Source of the DNA: Macrostomum lignano
Taxonomy: Eukaryota
Direction of reading: 5' to 3'
DNA length: 64,000 bases
Assembly: GCA_002269645.1 (NCBI GenBank)
Contig: NIVC01001177.1
Coordinates: 186,001 to 250,000, forward strand
In this document: positions 24,985-38,275 of the stretch, one piece after another
Layout: the number at the start of each line of letters is the position of its first letter
Numbering within the stretch: the stretch's first letter is position 1
The notes under the pieces: model-generated
What the model saw: the letters and a program-made list of their open reading frames with translations, nothing else
The model's database searches: none
Told to the model about the DNA's origin: nothing
Made by a program: the position numbers and the translations under genes

Positions 24985-27900
24985 TGAAATTCTGAAAATC
25001 CTGAAATTCATCTAGAAATCCTGACATTCATCTAGAGATCCTGACATTCATCTAGAGATCCTGACATTCATCTAGAAATCCTGACATTCATCTAGAAATC
25101 CTGAAATTCATCTAGAAATCCTGACATTCATCTAGAGATCCTGACATTCATCTAGAAATCCTGACATTCATCTAGAGATCCTGACATTCATCTAGAGATC
25201 CTGACATTCATCTAGAAATCCTGACATTCATCTAGAAATCCTGAAATTCATCTAGAGATCCTGACATTCATCTAGAAATCCTGACATTCATCTAGAGATC
25301 CTGACATTCATCTAGAAATCCTGACATTCATCTAGAAATCCTGACATTCATCTAGAAATCCTGAAATTCATCTAGAGATCCTGACATTCATCTAGAAATC
25401 CTGAAATTCATCTAGAGATCCTGACATTCATCTAGAAATCCTGAAATTCATCTAGAGATCCTGACATTCATCTAGAAATCCTGAAATTCATCTAGAGATC
25501 CTGAAATTCATCTAGAAATCCTGAAATTCATCTAGAGATCCTGACATTCATCTAGAAATCCTGACATTCATCTAGAGATCCTGAAATTCATCTAGAAATC
25601 CTGAAATCCATCTAAAGATCCTGACATTCATCTAGAAATCCTGACATTCATCTAGAGATCCTGAAATTCATCTAGAAATCCTGAAATCCATCTAAAGATC
25701 CTGACATTCATCTAGAAATCCTGAAATCCATCTAAAGATCCTGACATTCATCTAGAGATCCTGACATTCATCTAGAAATCCTGAAATCCATCTAAAGATC
25801 CTGACATTCATCTAGAGATCCTGACATTCATCTAGAAATCCTGAAATCCATCTAAAGATCCTGACATTCATCTAGAGATCCTGACATTCATCTAGAAATC
25901 CTGAAATCCATCTAAAGATCCTGACATTCATCTAGAGATCCTGAAATTCATCTAGAGATCCTGACATTCATCTAGAAATCCTAACATTCATCTAGAAATC
26001 CTGACATTCATCTAGAGATCCTGACATTCATCTAGAAATCCTGAAATCCATCTAAAGATCCTGACATTCATCTAGAGATCCTGACATTCATCTAGAAATC
26101 CTGAAATCCATCTAAAGATCCTGACATTCATCTAGAAATCCTGACATTCATCTAGAAATCCTGAAATCCATCTAAAGATCCTGACATTCATCTAGAAATC
26201 CTGAAATCCATCTAAAGATCCTGACATTCATCTAGAAATCCTAAAATTCATCTAGAAATCCTGAAATCCATCTAAAGATCCTGACATTCATCTAGAAATC
26301 CTGAAATCCATCTAAAGATCCTGACATTCATCTAGAGATCCTGACATTCATCTAGAAATCCTGAAATCCATCTAAAGATCCTGACATTCATATAGAGATC
26401 CTGACATTCATCTAGAAATCCTGAAATCCATCTAAAGATCCTGACATTCATCTAGAGATCCTGACATTCATCTAGAAATCCTGAAATCCATCTAAAGATC
26501 CTGACATTCATCTAGAAATCCTGAAATCCATCTAAAGATCCTGACATTCATCTAGAAATCCTGAAATCCATCTAAAGATCCTGACATTCATCTAGAAATC
26601 TTGAAATCCATCTAAAGATCCTGACATTCATCTAGAGATCCTGACATTCATCTAGAAATCCTGAAATCCATCTAAAGATCCTGACATTCATCTAGAAATC
26701 CTGAAATCCATATAGAAATCCTGAAATTCATATAGAAATCCTAAAATTCATCTAGAAATCCTGAAATCCATCTAAAGATCCTGACATTCATCTAGAAATC
26801 CTAAAATTCATCTAGAAATCCTGAAATCCATCTAAAGATCCTGACATTCATCTAGAAATCCTGACATTCATCTAGAAATCCTGAAATCCATCTAAAGATC
26901 CTGACATTCATCTAGAAATCCTGAAATCCATCTAAAGATCCTGACATTCATCTAGAAATCCTAAAATTCATCTAGAAATCCTGAAATCCATCTAAAGATC
27001 CTGACATTCATCTAGAAATCCTGAAATCCATCTAAAGATCCTGACATTCATCTAGAGATCCTGACATTCATCTAGAAATCCTGAAATCCATCTAAAGATC
27101 CTGACATTCATATAGAGATCCTGACATTCATCTAGAAATCCTGAAATCCATCTAAAGATCCTGACATTCATCTAGAAATCCTGAAATCCATCTAAAGATC
27201 CTGACATTCATCTAGAGATCCTGACATTCATCTAGAAATCCTGAAATCCATCTAAAGATCCTGACATTCATCTAGAAATCCTGAAATCCATATAGAAATC
27301 CTGAAATTCATATAGAAATCCTAAAATTCATCTAGAAATCCTGAAATCCATCTAAAGATCCTGACATTCATCTAGAGATCCTGACATTCATCTAGAAATC
27401 CTGAAATCCATCTAAAGATCCTGACATTCATCTAGAAATCCTAAAATTCATCTAGAAATCCTGAAATCCATCTAAAGATCCTGACATTCATCTAGAAATC
27501 CTAAAATTCATCTAGAAATCCTGAAATCCATCTAAAGATCCTGACATTCATCTAGAAATCCTGAAATCCATCTAAAGATCCTGACATTCATCTAGAGATC
27601 CTGACATTCATCTAGAAATCCTGAAATCCATCTAAAGATCCTGACATTCATCTAGAGATCCTGACATTCATCTAGAAATCCTGAAATCCATCTAAAGATC
27701 CTGACATTCATCTAGAGATCCTGACATTCATCTAGAAATCCTGAAATCCATCTAAAGATCCTGACATTCATCTAGAAATCCTGAAATCCATCTAAAGATC
27801 CTGACATTCATCTAGAAATCCTGAAATCCATCTAAAGATCCTGACATTCATCTAGAAATCCTGAAATCCATCTAAAGATCCTGACATTCATCTAGAGATC

Positions 27901-29350
27901 CTGAAATTCATCTAGAAATCCTGAAATCCATCTAAAGATCCTGACATTCATCTAGAGATCCTGACATTCATCTAGAAATCCTGAAATTCATATAGAAATC
28001 CTAAAATTCATCTAGAAATCCTGAAATTCATCTAGAAATCCTTAAATTCATCTAGAGATCCTGAGATTCATCTAGAAATCCTGAAATTCATCTAGAAATC
28101 CTGACATTCATCTAGAAATCCTGAAATTCATCTAGAGATCCTGAGATTCATCTAGAAATCCTGAAATTCATCTAGAGATCCTGACATTCATCTAGAAATC
28201 CTGACATTCATCTAGAGATCCTGACATTCATCTAGAAATCCTGACATTCATCTAGAAATCCTGAAAATCATATAGAAATCCTGAAATTCATCTAGAGATC
28301 CTGACATTCATCTAGAAATCCTGACATTCATCTAGAGATCCTGACATTCATCTAGAAATCCTGACATTCATCTAGAGATCCTGACATTCATCTAGAAATC
28401 CTGAAATTCATCTAGAGATCCTGACATTCATCTAGAGATCCTGACATTCATCTAGAAATCCTGACATTCATCTAGAAATCCTGACATTCATCTAGAGATC
28501 CTGAAATTCATCTAGAGATCCTGAAATTCATCTTGAAATCCTGAAATTCATCTTGAAATCCTGAAATTCATCTAGAAATCCTGACATTCATCTAGAAATC
28601 CTGAAATTCATCTAGAGATCCTGAAATTCATCTAGAGATCCTGAAATTCATCTAAATATCCTGACATTCATCTAAAAATCCTGAAATTCATCTAGAGATC
28701 CTGACATTCATCTAGAAATCCTGACATTCATCTAGAAATCCTGAAATTCATCTAGAGATCCTGACATTCATCTAGAGATCCTGACATTCATCTAGAAATC
28801 CTGAAATTCATCTAGAGATCCTGACATTCATCTAGAAATCCTGACATTCATCTAGAAATCCTGAAATTCATCTAGAGATCCTGACATTCATCTAGAAATC
28901 CTGAAATTCATCTAGAGATCCTGACATTCATCTAGAAATCCTGAAATTCATCTAGAAATCCTGAAATTCATCTAGAGATCCTGACATTCATCTAGAAATC
29001 CTGACATTCATCTAGAAATCCTGAAATTCATCTAGAAATCCTGAAATTCATCTAGAAATCCTGACATTCATCTAGAAATCCTGAAATTCATCTAGAGATC
29101 CTGAAATTCATCTAGAGATCCTGAAATTCATCTAAATATCCTGACATTCATCTAAAAATCCTGATATTCATCTAGAGATCCCGACATTCATCTAGAAATC
29201 CTGAATTTAAATCCTGACATTCATGTAGAGATTCTCAAGTTTATCTAGAGACTCTCCAAATCATCTAGAGATTCTGAAATTTATCTAAAGGCATCTAGCG
29301 ACCAGCTGAAATTCATGTAGAGACCCTGACATTCATCTGGAGACCTTGAA
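24985..29350. repeat. 20-bp satellite-like array (CTGACATTCATCTAGAAATC and variants), about 4.4 kb, over 200 copies
   Basis: Exact 20-bp period; degenerate at both edges. Confidence 0.98.
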
Positions 29351-29464
29351 ATTCACCTGGAGACCGTGATATTCATCTAGACCATATGAACTCTCTGTAG
29401 ATCATGCCCCATCAATCGGAAAGTCTCCCCAAATCTGTGCTCAAAATTCATTCTTAACAATCAG

Positions 29465-29873
29465 CGCCGACGAAGACTACCAAGCAATCGACGCCATCAT
29501 TCTTTACCGACCAACAAATCCGATCCCACGACTGACCACCGGATCTTCTGGCGCGGCAGCAGCAGCAGCATCTGCCGTTGAACCAGCTGCACACTACGAT
29601 GATGAGGTCGGAGTGCAGCAGCGAAGACAGCGGCCGCAGCAGCAGCTGGCCGTTTCTGTACCGGATCTCAGCGCGTCGCACCGCTCGGCAGCTTCGACAA
29701 CCTCGGCTCCGACGCCCGCTGCACGGCAAGGCGGCGGCGGCGGCGGCGAAGTCGCTCGAGGACCCCGACGATTGGGCAACTTTTTGAGCAACTCTTGGTC
29801 AAATCTGCGAGCCAGAATGTCATCGTCGCGTTCGTCAGGAGGACGTCGCGACAGGCAGCAGGGTCAAAGTTGA
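29465..29873 (+). CDS. GC-rich putative terminal exon (low complexity, Ala/Gln/Gly/Ser), probably an alternative last exon of the C3orf14-like gene
   Basis: Acceptor ttcttaacaatcag|C, then 135 open codons (ADEDYQAIDAIILYRP...GQS*); phase 2 matches the donor AA|gtgagt at 24797. Confidence 0.5.
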
Positions 29874-30239
29874 GACGGTTCAGTGTAAATTTACGTGTTT
29901 TTTTATCGTCCTGTAACTGTTTTGGTAGAAAAGTTTGCTTTCAAAATTAGTGTGTCAGACCTGCAGCTAAAATGCTAACATTTGTTCACATACGAATATT
30001 TATAGCGCTTGACGTTATTATGATTCCTTTTTGAGTATGCAGTCGAGATTCATACTTCTAATAAGTTACATATATTTTGGATTTTTTAAAGCGATATTAT
30101 TTTCAAAGCTTTTTTGCCTACATGGAGATACGCGTTCGTCAGGAAATTAAAACAAATCGGCGTGACTTTTTGTTTAATCAAAGCAAGTTTTGATGATATT
30201 TTTTTCGCTCTTTTCAATTGTAAGAATAATAATGAGTCG

Positions 30240-31150
<911 letters not shown>

Positions 31151-31297
31151 AGGACCTAATATTCTTTAGTGCCTCTGTCATCGTATTTGCATGCGAGTAT
31201 CGATGTAAAACAAAGAACCAACCAACCAACAACTAACAACTCATTTGTAACGGTAAGTCATTAACGCAAATTGAAGTTCTGAATAGCGCTATGTAAT

Positions 31298-33757
31298 TCA
31301 ATTCGTCTTCATTGGCTTCGCCAGCTCCACCCCAGCAGTCACCGGCAGCTCAATGCCTGTACAATAGGTGGCCCAGCGGCACAGGAACAGACAGGCAGCC
31401 CCAATCTCTTCAATGCTGCCCAATCGATTGAACAAACTATCGGAGGCATAACGGGCCAGTTGATCTTCCGTGGTGTCACCGCCGCCACCTTCAGCAGCCA
31501 GACTGTTGGCATTGGACAGCAGCAGTGGGGTGTGAACCGCACCCGGACAGATAGCGTTCACTCGGACACCGTGAACGGCTTCGTCTATGGCCAAGGCTCG
31601 AGTGAATCCACTTATGGCGGATTTGGTGATGACGTAGGTGACTGCATGGTGCTGGCCTATGACTGCGACAAGGCTAGAAATGTTAACGATGGCCCCTTTG
31701 GAGGCTCTGATATGCGGCAGGCACAGTCTAGTCAGGCTGAAAGCGCTGTAAACGTTCAACTCCATGAGGCTGCGCAGATCGTCCAGCGAGAAGTGATCGA
31801 TTGGCGCGTGATCAGGGTGGGTGCCAACATTGTTGATTAGCCAGTCAAGTCGGTTGGAACCGAAGCTTAGGGTTTGATTGACTGCGGCCTATAAAAAAGT
31901 TGGGTAGTTTTTTTGTTAGCATGATAGGACAAGATAGGTTACCTGTTAGCCAGGATTGGTTATACCTGATTGGTTACCTGTTAGCCAGGATTTGGTTACC
32001 TGTTAGACAGGATTTAGTTACCTGTTAGACAGGATTGGTTACCTGTTAGACAGGATTGGTTACTGTTAGACAGGATTTAGTTACCTGTTAGACAGGATTG
32101 ATTTACCTCTTGGACAAGAGTGATTGCTGTTGACACATCATTTATATCGGAAATAATTAAGCAACACTACTCCAAGTAGTCGCTCACCTCCAGGTCGGTA
32201 GCATTCCGGCAGTCGACCTCGATGAACAGCGCTCTGCCAGGGCCCGCAGCGTTCAAAGCCGCCTCCAGCTGTCTGCCCTCCTCCGCTGATAAATTATTGA
32301 CAATTTGAATTCATTAGTGCGCTAATTGAGCTACTACGAGTAATAATGGAAAAAATTTTCAAGAATTTCAGGAAAATCTATCGATACAATTTTTATTTAC
32401 TTATTAAGCATCAATAACAATATGGTTGAGGATAATTAAGAACATATTAATAAGATTGACAGACACTGGGACACTGGGACACTGGGTTGTGGACACTAAT
32501 ATATAGGACAGACACTATGTTTAGAACCTTTGATAAAGATACGAGCTAAAGGACAATAGAAGAATATGGTTAAAGACACTAGGATAAGGGTGGCAGACAC
32601 AAGAATATGGGTTAAAGACACTAGGATAAGGGTGGCAGACACAAGAATATGGGTTAAAGACACTAGGATAAGGGTGGCAGACACAAGAATATGGGTTAAA
32701 GACACTAGGATAAGGGTGACAGACACTAGAATATGGGTTAAAAACACTAGGATAAGGGTGACAGACACTAGGATAAGGGTGACAGACACTAGGATAAGGG
32801 TGACAGACACTAGGATAAGGGTCACAGACACTAGGATAAGGGTCACAGACACTAGGATAAGGGTCACAGACACTAGGATAAGGGTCACAGACACTAGGAT
32901 AAGGGTCACAGACACTAGGATAAGGGTCACAGACACTAGGATAAGGGTCACAGACACTAGGATAAGGGTGACAGACACTAGGATAAGGGTGACAGACACT
33001 AGGATAAGGGTCACAGACACTAGGATAAGGGTGACAGACACTAGGATAAGGGTCACAGACACTAGGATAAGGGTGACAGACACTAGGATAAGGGTCACAG
33101 ACACTAGGATAAGGGTCACAGACACTAGGATAAGGGTCACAGACACTAGGATAAGGGTCACAGACACTAGGATAAGGGTGACAGACACTAGGATAAGGGT
33201 CACAGACACTAGGATAAGGGTGACAGACACTAGGATAAGGGTCACAGACACTAGGATAAGGGTCACAGACACTAGGATAAGGGTCACAGACACTAGGATA
33301 AGGGTCACAGACACTAGGATAAGGGTCACAGACACTAGGATAAGGGTCACAGACACTAGGATAAGGGTCACAGACACTAGGATAAGGGTCACAGACACTA
33401 GGATAAGGGTCACAGACACTAGGATAAGGGTCACAGACACTAGGATAAGGGTCACAGACACTAGGATAAGGGTCACAGACACTAGGATAAGGGTCACAGA
33501 CACTAGGATAAGGGTCACAGACACTAGGATAAGGGTCACAGACACTAGGATAAGGGTCACAGACACTAGGATAAGGGTCACAGACACTAGGATAAGGACA
33601 GCGGACACCTTAAGCAGGCCAGCTCACCCTGATTCGAGCAGAAAGCCACGAAGGCGCCGTCCCCAACCAGAGCCTCAACGCAGCCGCGACCAATACCGGC
33701 TGAGCCGCCGGTAACCAAGGCAACGCGACCAGCTGAAGCGGGAGCAGACTTGGCCAT
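31298..33757 (-). CDS. HSD17B14: Short-chain dehydrogenase, HSD17B14/L-fucose dehydrogenase-like, 3 exons, 272 aa
   Basis: Exons 33757-33628 (MAKSAPASAGRVALVTGGSAGIGRG...SNQ G|gt), 32285-32188 (EEGRQLE...DCRNATDLE|gt) and 31888-31298 (...LINNVGTHP...NISSLV...YVITK...VRVNAICPG...). TGxxxGxG, NNVG and YxxxK motifs; total 819 nt. Confidence 0.88.
31935..32100. repeat. Degenerate ~20-21-bp repeat (GTTACCTGTTAGACAGGATT) in SDR intron 2
   Basis: About 7 copies visible. Confidence 0.85.
32570..33597. repeat. 21-bp minisatellite (GACACTAGGATAAGGGTCACA), with a 42-bp dimer at the left end, in SDR intron 1
   Basis: Directly visible; source of the spurious VTDTRIR/ILVSVTL ORFs. Confidence 0.97.
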
Positions 33758-34411
33758 TCTTTCTTTCGGCAGAGATTGTTGTTAAGAATTTTGGCTGTCT
33801 TAGCAGTTTAGATTTCAAAGTCTAATATTTCTGGTGCAAAGATATCTTAGATAAAATCCGTATAAATATGCGAAAACACAGTTTATAACAAATTTATTGC
33901 AAGTCAGCTGACTTATTTTCCACGGAAGCTAATGAGGTTGGTGATCTGGTGTCACGTTTGCTAGGAGATACAAAGATAAAGCGAGGATTTTGCATTCCAA
34001 GTTTGTTTTGCAAAGTCTAATTATATGCATTTACAACTCGCGTAAAGCATTCGTTTGTGTCTATTTGCAGGTTTTCATATGCTCGTATATCACAGTGAAA
34101 ATATTTGCGGTGCCTTAGATCTTACTAGAAGTAGGATATGCGTCTAATACGAGCTATATGTATTCCAATATTTTATGGCTATTATATGAAACTAACAATT
34201 AATAAAGTTGAAAGGACAGAACGTACGAGTTATAGGAGAGTAAGAAAACAGTGACAATCGAGAGAGTGACAATGGAGAGAGTGACAGTAGTGAGAGTTAC
34301 CATGAAGAGAATGACAATGAAGAGTGACGATGATGGGAGTGAGAATGGAGAGAGTGACAATGGAGAGAGTGACGATGGAGGGAATGACAATGAAGAGAGT
34401 GACAATGGAGA

Positions 34412-36967
34412 CCAGAGCGAGTAAGCAGGGTACAAATGGCAGAAGAGCGCCTAAAAACCATCAGAAAACAACAAAAAAACAGGCTCCGTGAATGGGAAGA
34501 GAGCTGGTGGACCGAAATCGCGGAAGAATGCAAAAGGCATTGTGACAGTGGAAACAACGGAGGGATGTATGACTGCCTGAGGAGAATGGGTAAAAGCGAC
34601 ACACAGAACAGCAATAACAGCAAGATCCTCCCGCTTTTCTCAGCGGAGGAGTTTAAAAACCACCTCTCGAAAATCCAAGACCAACGTTTCGAGAACAACC
34701 CAGAAGAAATGCTCCACCTAGTCCACCGGATGCCCCCTACGAGCAGACCGGTAAATGAGATTGAAATTGCAAACGCGGATCTCGCCAGTGAACTGAAAGA
34801 CACTGAGATAGAGACGGAGCTTGCTAAAATTAAAGACGGAGCACCAGGAGTCGACGATCTTAGAATACGGTACATCAGGAACGCTTGCGACGAAGCAAAT
34901 GTAGTCCTAAAGCAGGAAATCCAGCGGCTCTGGAAACATCCAGCATCTACATGGGAAAACGATCAAAAAGTGGGGATCATCACACCACTTCACAAAAAGG
35001 GAGACAGAGCAAATCTGAATAATTTCCGCGGCGTCTGCCTCCTCCCATGCCTTAGCCGAATAATCGCACGCATCATTGCCTCGAGACTCAGCGTCTGGGC
35101 GGAGAAGCTGGGACTGATGGATGAAAATCAAGCTGGCTTCCGGCGAGGACGATCCACCATGGATGCGACCCAAATCATCCTCCGTTTGAACGAGGACGCC
35201 GAAAAAATCCGCGAGAGCCCGGATTACGACCCAGAAACGGACACCAACATCGTCCTGCTCGACCTCCGAAAAGCGTACCCGAGAGTCAACAAGCCACTAC
35301 TGTGGGAACTCCTCGAGCACTACAGGATGCCGAAAAAGATGATTGACAAGATTAAAGACCTACATGAATTTACCGCGTACAAGGTGCTTTGTGATAATGA
35401 GTGGAGCACGGAGTTTTACCCGCAACGGGGACTCCGCGAAGGATGCGCCACATCGCCAATACTCTTTAATATCTTCCACCAGGCAGTCATGAGGTTAGCT
35501 GAAGAGAGACGAGCCACTCTGGCGAAGGAAACAGGACAAGTGCACGGGATTCGCTGGGTCCGCCGACCAGGCAGCTGCCTACCTCCGCAAAGAATTGGTG
35601 TCCGCAACGACGAGACGGTCGAAATCAAGATCACGAGCTCATTGTTCGCCGACGACACCACCGTCATCGGGACCGCAGCCGAGGTCAACCAGGGAACGAG
35701 GGTCATCATCGAGACCATGGCAGACCTTGAAGAAAGGACAAACGACGATAAAGAAGAAAGAGCTACGCTAGGCACCGAGGATAGCGGAAACATCCGGATG
35801 CTCGGGACCTGGCTGGGAAGGAAGCAGGATATGACGCAAAGACTGAAACGAGCAGCCAAAGCATGGCACGGAACAAAGAACATGCTCCGGCGCACACGGC
35901 TGAGCAAGCGCACTCAAGCGCGCATTGTCGAAGCCTGCGTGGAAAGCACCATGCTGTTTAACGCCGGAGCGAGACCCTTCCAGAAATCCGAGGTCAAGAG
36001 AATGCAGCAAACAATGGACAGAAAGTACAGATACGTCTGGAGCGCGAAGACAAGACCACCGCTCATAGAAATGGAAGAGAAGGGAGTCAATATGTGGGAC
36101 GTGCGCGCAGAACTCGGCATCAAGAGTATCAGCAACAAAATTGAAGCAGCGCACTGGAGGCGTATGGGCCACGTGCTCCGCCTACCCGACTCGAACCTAG
36201 CTAAGACGTGCATTCTAGGCTGGAATAAGACCTTGGAGGGCATCCGAAAAGCCAAGAAACGGAAGCAGACGATCGTCTCATATTGGAAGAAGATGCTCCG
36301 CGGGGCGAAGATCGACGAGCTAGACCTCGAGAGGATGGTGGCGGACCGGACTGCATGGAAAGAACGAATAAAGAAACGCGAAAGAGAACTGGACCGGGAG
36401 GAGAAGGCCAAAAGAAAAAAGCGACAACCAGAGGCAAGTGAGACCCCGCCAGAAGAGGACGGGCAGGGCGAATCCGAGCTAACGGGTTACCGCTGCCGCT
36501 ACGAGGGGTGTACTAAGACCTGCGCGTCAAGAGGAGGACTGGCGATCCACCAGAGGCGCATGCACCACATCTTCGAAAGAGTGCAGCTACCATGCCCAAT
36601 TTGCTTGACCACGTTCACCTCAGAAGCAACCAGGAAAAACCACCAGAAACGATGCCAGGGAGAAAAGCAAGCTGGAGGCCTCGTCCTGTGCGCCCAATGC
36701 GGGAGCTGGCGGAGCAAGTCGAATTTCGCGCGGCACCGCAAAACCTGCGGACCAACGAGAGTCCAGGCCCACCTGCCAGAGCAACCGGCGAGAGTGGAAG
36801 AACTGGGCGCGAGGATCTACCGCAGCACGAGAGCACCGTGCCCCAGCTGCGGCAGACTCCTGGCCAAGACCAACATGGCCAGACACAGACGTACCTGCAC
36901 CTCTCAATAAACGTGCCCGTGTCCACGCCCCCCCCCGGCGATAAAAGGACAGAAGAAGAAGAAGAAG
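34412..36967 (+). mobile_element. 5'-truncated non-LTR retrotransposon, RTE-like, with (GAA)n tail
   Basis: Reading frame open from the insertion junction; RT ORF; AATAAA overlapping the stop; short 3' UTR; (GAA)6 tail; flanking duplication GAAGAGAGTGACAATGGAGA (20 bp), extendable to 61 bp. Confidence 0.9.
34436..36910 (+). CDS. Reverse transcriptase polyprotein fragment (824 aa) with four C-terminal zinc fingers; no endonuclease domain
   Basis: RT motifs GIITPLHKKGD...NNFRGVCLL, ENQAGFRRGRST, DLRKAY, GLREGCATSPILFN, FADD, MLG; C2H2 and three C2HC fingers at about 36494-36900. Confidence 0.92.
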   Translation: MAEERLKTIRKQQKNRLREWEESWWTEIAEECKRHCDSGNNGGMYDCLRRMGKSDTQNSNNSKILPLFSAEEFKNHLSKIQDQRFENNPEEMLHLVHRMPPTSRPVNEIEIANADLASELKDTEIETELAKIKDGAPGVDDLRIRYIRNACDEANVVLKQEIQRLWKHPASTWENDQKVGIITPLHKKGDRANLNNFRGVCLLPCLSRIIARIIASRLSVWAEKLGLMDENQAGFRRGRSTMDATQIILRLNEDAEKIRESPDYDPETDTNIVLLDLRKAYPRVNKPLLWELLEHYRMPKKMIDKIKDLHEFTAYKVLCDNEWSTEFYPQRGLREGCATSPILFNIFHQAVMRLAEERRATLAKETGQVHGIRWVRRPGSCLPPQRIGVRNDETVEIKITSSLFADDTTVIGTAAEVNQGTRVIIETMADLEERTNDDKEERATLGTEDSGNIRMLGTWLGRKQDMTQRLKRAAKAWHGTKNMLRRTRLSKRTQARIVEACVESTMLFNAGARPFQKSEVKRMQQTMDRKYRYVWSAKTRPPLIEMEEKGVNMWDVRAELGIKSISNKIEAAHWRRMGHVLRLPDSNLAKTCILGWNKTLEGIRKAKKRKQTIVSYWKKMLRGAKIDELDLERMVADRTAWKERIKKRERELDREEKAKRKKRQPEASETPPEEDGQGESELTGYRCRYEGCTKTCASRGGLAIHQRRMHHIFERVQLPCPICLTTFTSEATRKNHQKRCQGEKQAGGLVLCAQCGSWRSKSNFARHRKTCGPTRVQAHLPEQPARVEELGARIYRSTRAPCPSCGRLLAKTNMARHRRTCTSQ

Positions 36968-38275
36968 AGAGTGACAATGGAGAGAGTGACGATGGAGGGA
37001 ATGACAATGAAGAGAGTGACAATGGAGAGAGTGACAGTAGTGAGAATTACCATGAAGAGAATGACAATGAAGAGTGACGATGATGGGAGTGAGAATGGAG
37101 AGAGTGACAATGGAGAGAGTAGCAACTGAGAGAGTGAAAATGGAGCAAGCGCCAATAGAGAAAGTGACAACAGCACAAAGAGAGTGACAACAGCACAGAG
37201 AGAGTGACAACAGAACAGAGAGAGTGACAACAGAACAGAGAGAGTGACAACAGAACAGAGAGAGTGACAACAGCACAGAGAGAGTGACAACAGAACAGAG
37301 AGAGTGACAACAGCACAGAGAGAGTGACAACAGCACAGACAGAGTGACAACAGCACAGACAGAGTGACAACAGCACGGAGAGAGTGACAACAGCACAGAG
37401 AGAGTGACAACAGCACAGAGAGAGTGACAACAGCACAGAGAGAGTGACAACAGCACAGAGAGAGTGACAACAGCACAGAGAGAGTGACAACAGCACGGAG
37501 AGAGTGACAACAGCACGGAGAGAGTGACAACAGCACAGACAGAGTGACAACAGCACAGAGAGAGTGACAACAGCACAGAGAGAGTGACAACAGCACAGAG
37601 AGAGTGACAACAGCACGGGGAGAGTGACAACAGCACAGAGAGAGTGACAACAGCACAGAGAGAGTGACAACAGCACAGAGAGAGTGACAACAGCACAGAG
37701 AGAGTGACAACAGCACGGAGAGAGTGACAACAGCACAGAGAGAGTGACAACAGCACAGAGAGAGTGACAACAGCACGGAGAGAGTGACAACAGCACAGAG
37801 AGAGTGACAACAGCACGGAGAGAGTGACAACAGCACAGAGAGAGTGACAACAGCACAGAGAGAGTGACAACAGCACGGAGAGAGTGACAACAGCACAGAG
37901 AGAGTGACAACAGCACAGAGAGAGTGACAACAGCACAGAGAGAGTGACAACAGCACAGACAGAATGACAACAGCACAGACAGAGTGACAACAGCACAGAC
38001 AGAGTGACAACAGCACGGAGAGAGTGACAACAGCACAGAGAGAGTGACAACAGCACAGAGAGAGTGACAACAGCACAGAGAGAGTGACAACAGCACAGAT
38101 AGAGTGACAACAGCACAGAGAGAGTGACAACAGCACAGACAGAGTGACAACAGCACAGAGAGAGTGACAACAGCACAGAGAGAGTGACAACAGCACAGAT
38201 AGAGTGACAACAGCACAGAGAGAGTGACAACAGCACAGAGAGAGTGACAACAGCACAGAGAGAGTGACAACAGCA
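36968..38275. repeat. GAGAGTGACAA-core array: degenerate 15-mer (also at 34250-34411) grading into a 20-bp unit AGAGAGTGACAACAGCACAG (~56 copies)
   Basis: Directly visible. Confidence 0.95.

Noticed and set aside
24985-29350. CRISPR-like regular array
   Set aside because: Units are head-to-tail with no unique spacers, there are no cas genes, and the context is eukaryotic. This holds for all arrays here.
34211-34221. AAAGGACAGAA shared with the LINE 3' end (about 36944-36954)
   Set aside because: An 11-bp purine-rich match is too short to support an earlier insertion.
34199-37022. Several minus-strand ORFs over the RT
   Set aside because: Antisense shadows of a GC-rich coding frame with no recognisable domains.
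34250-37150. LTR retrotransposon or DIRS interpretation of the direct repeats flanking the RT
   Set aside because: The flanks are minisatellite/TSD sequence without TG...CA ends or a PBS; there is no gag, protease, integrase or recombinase; the RT motifs and (GAA)n tail are non-LTR type.
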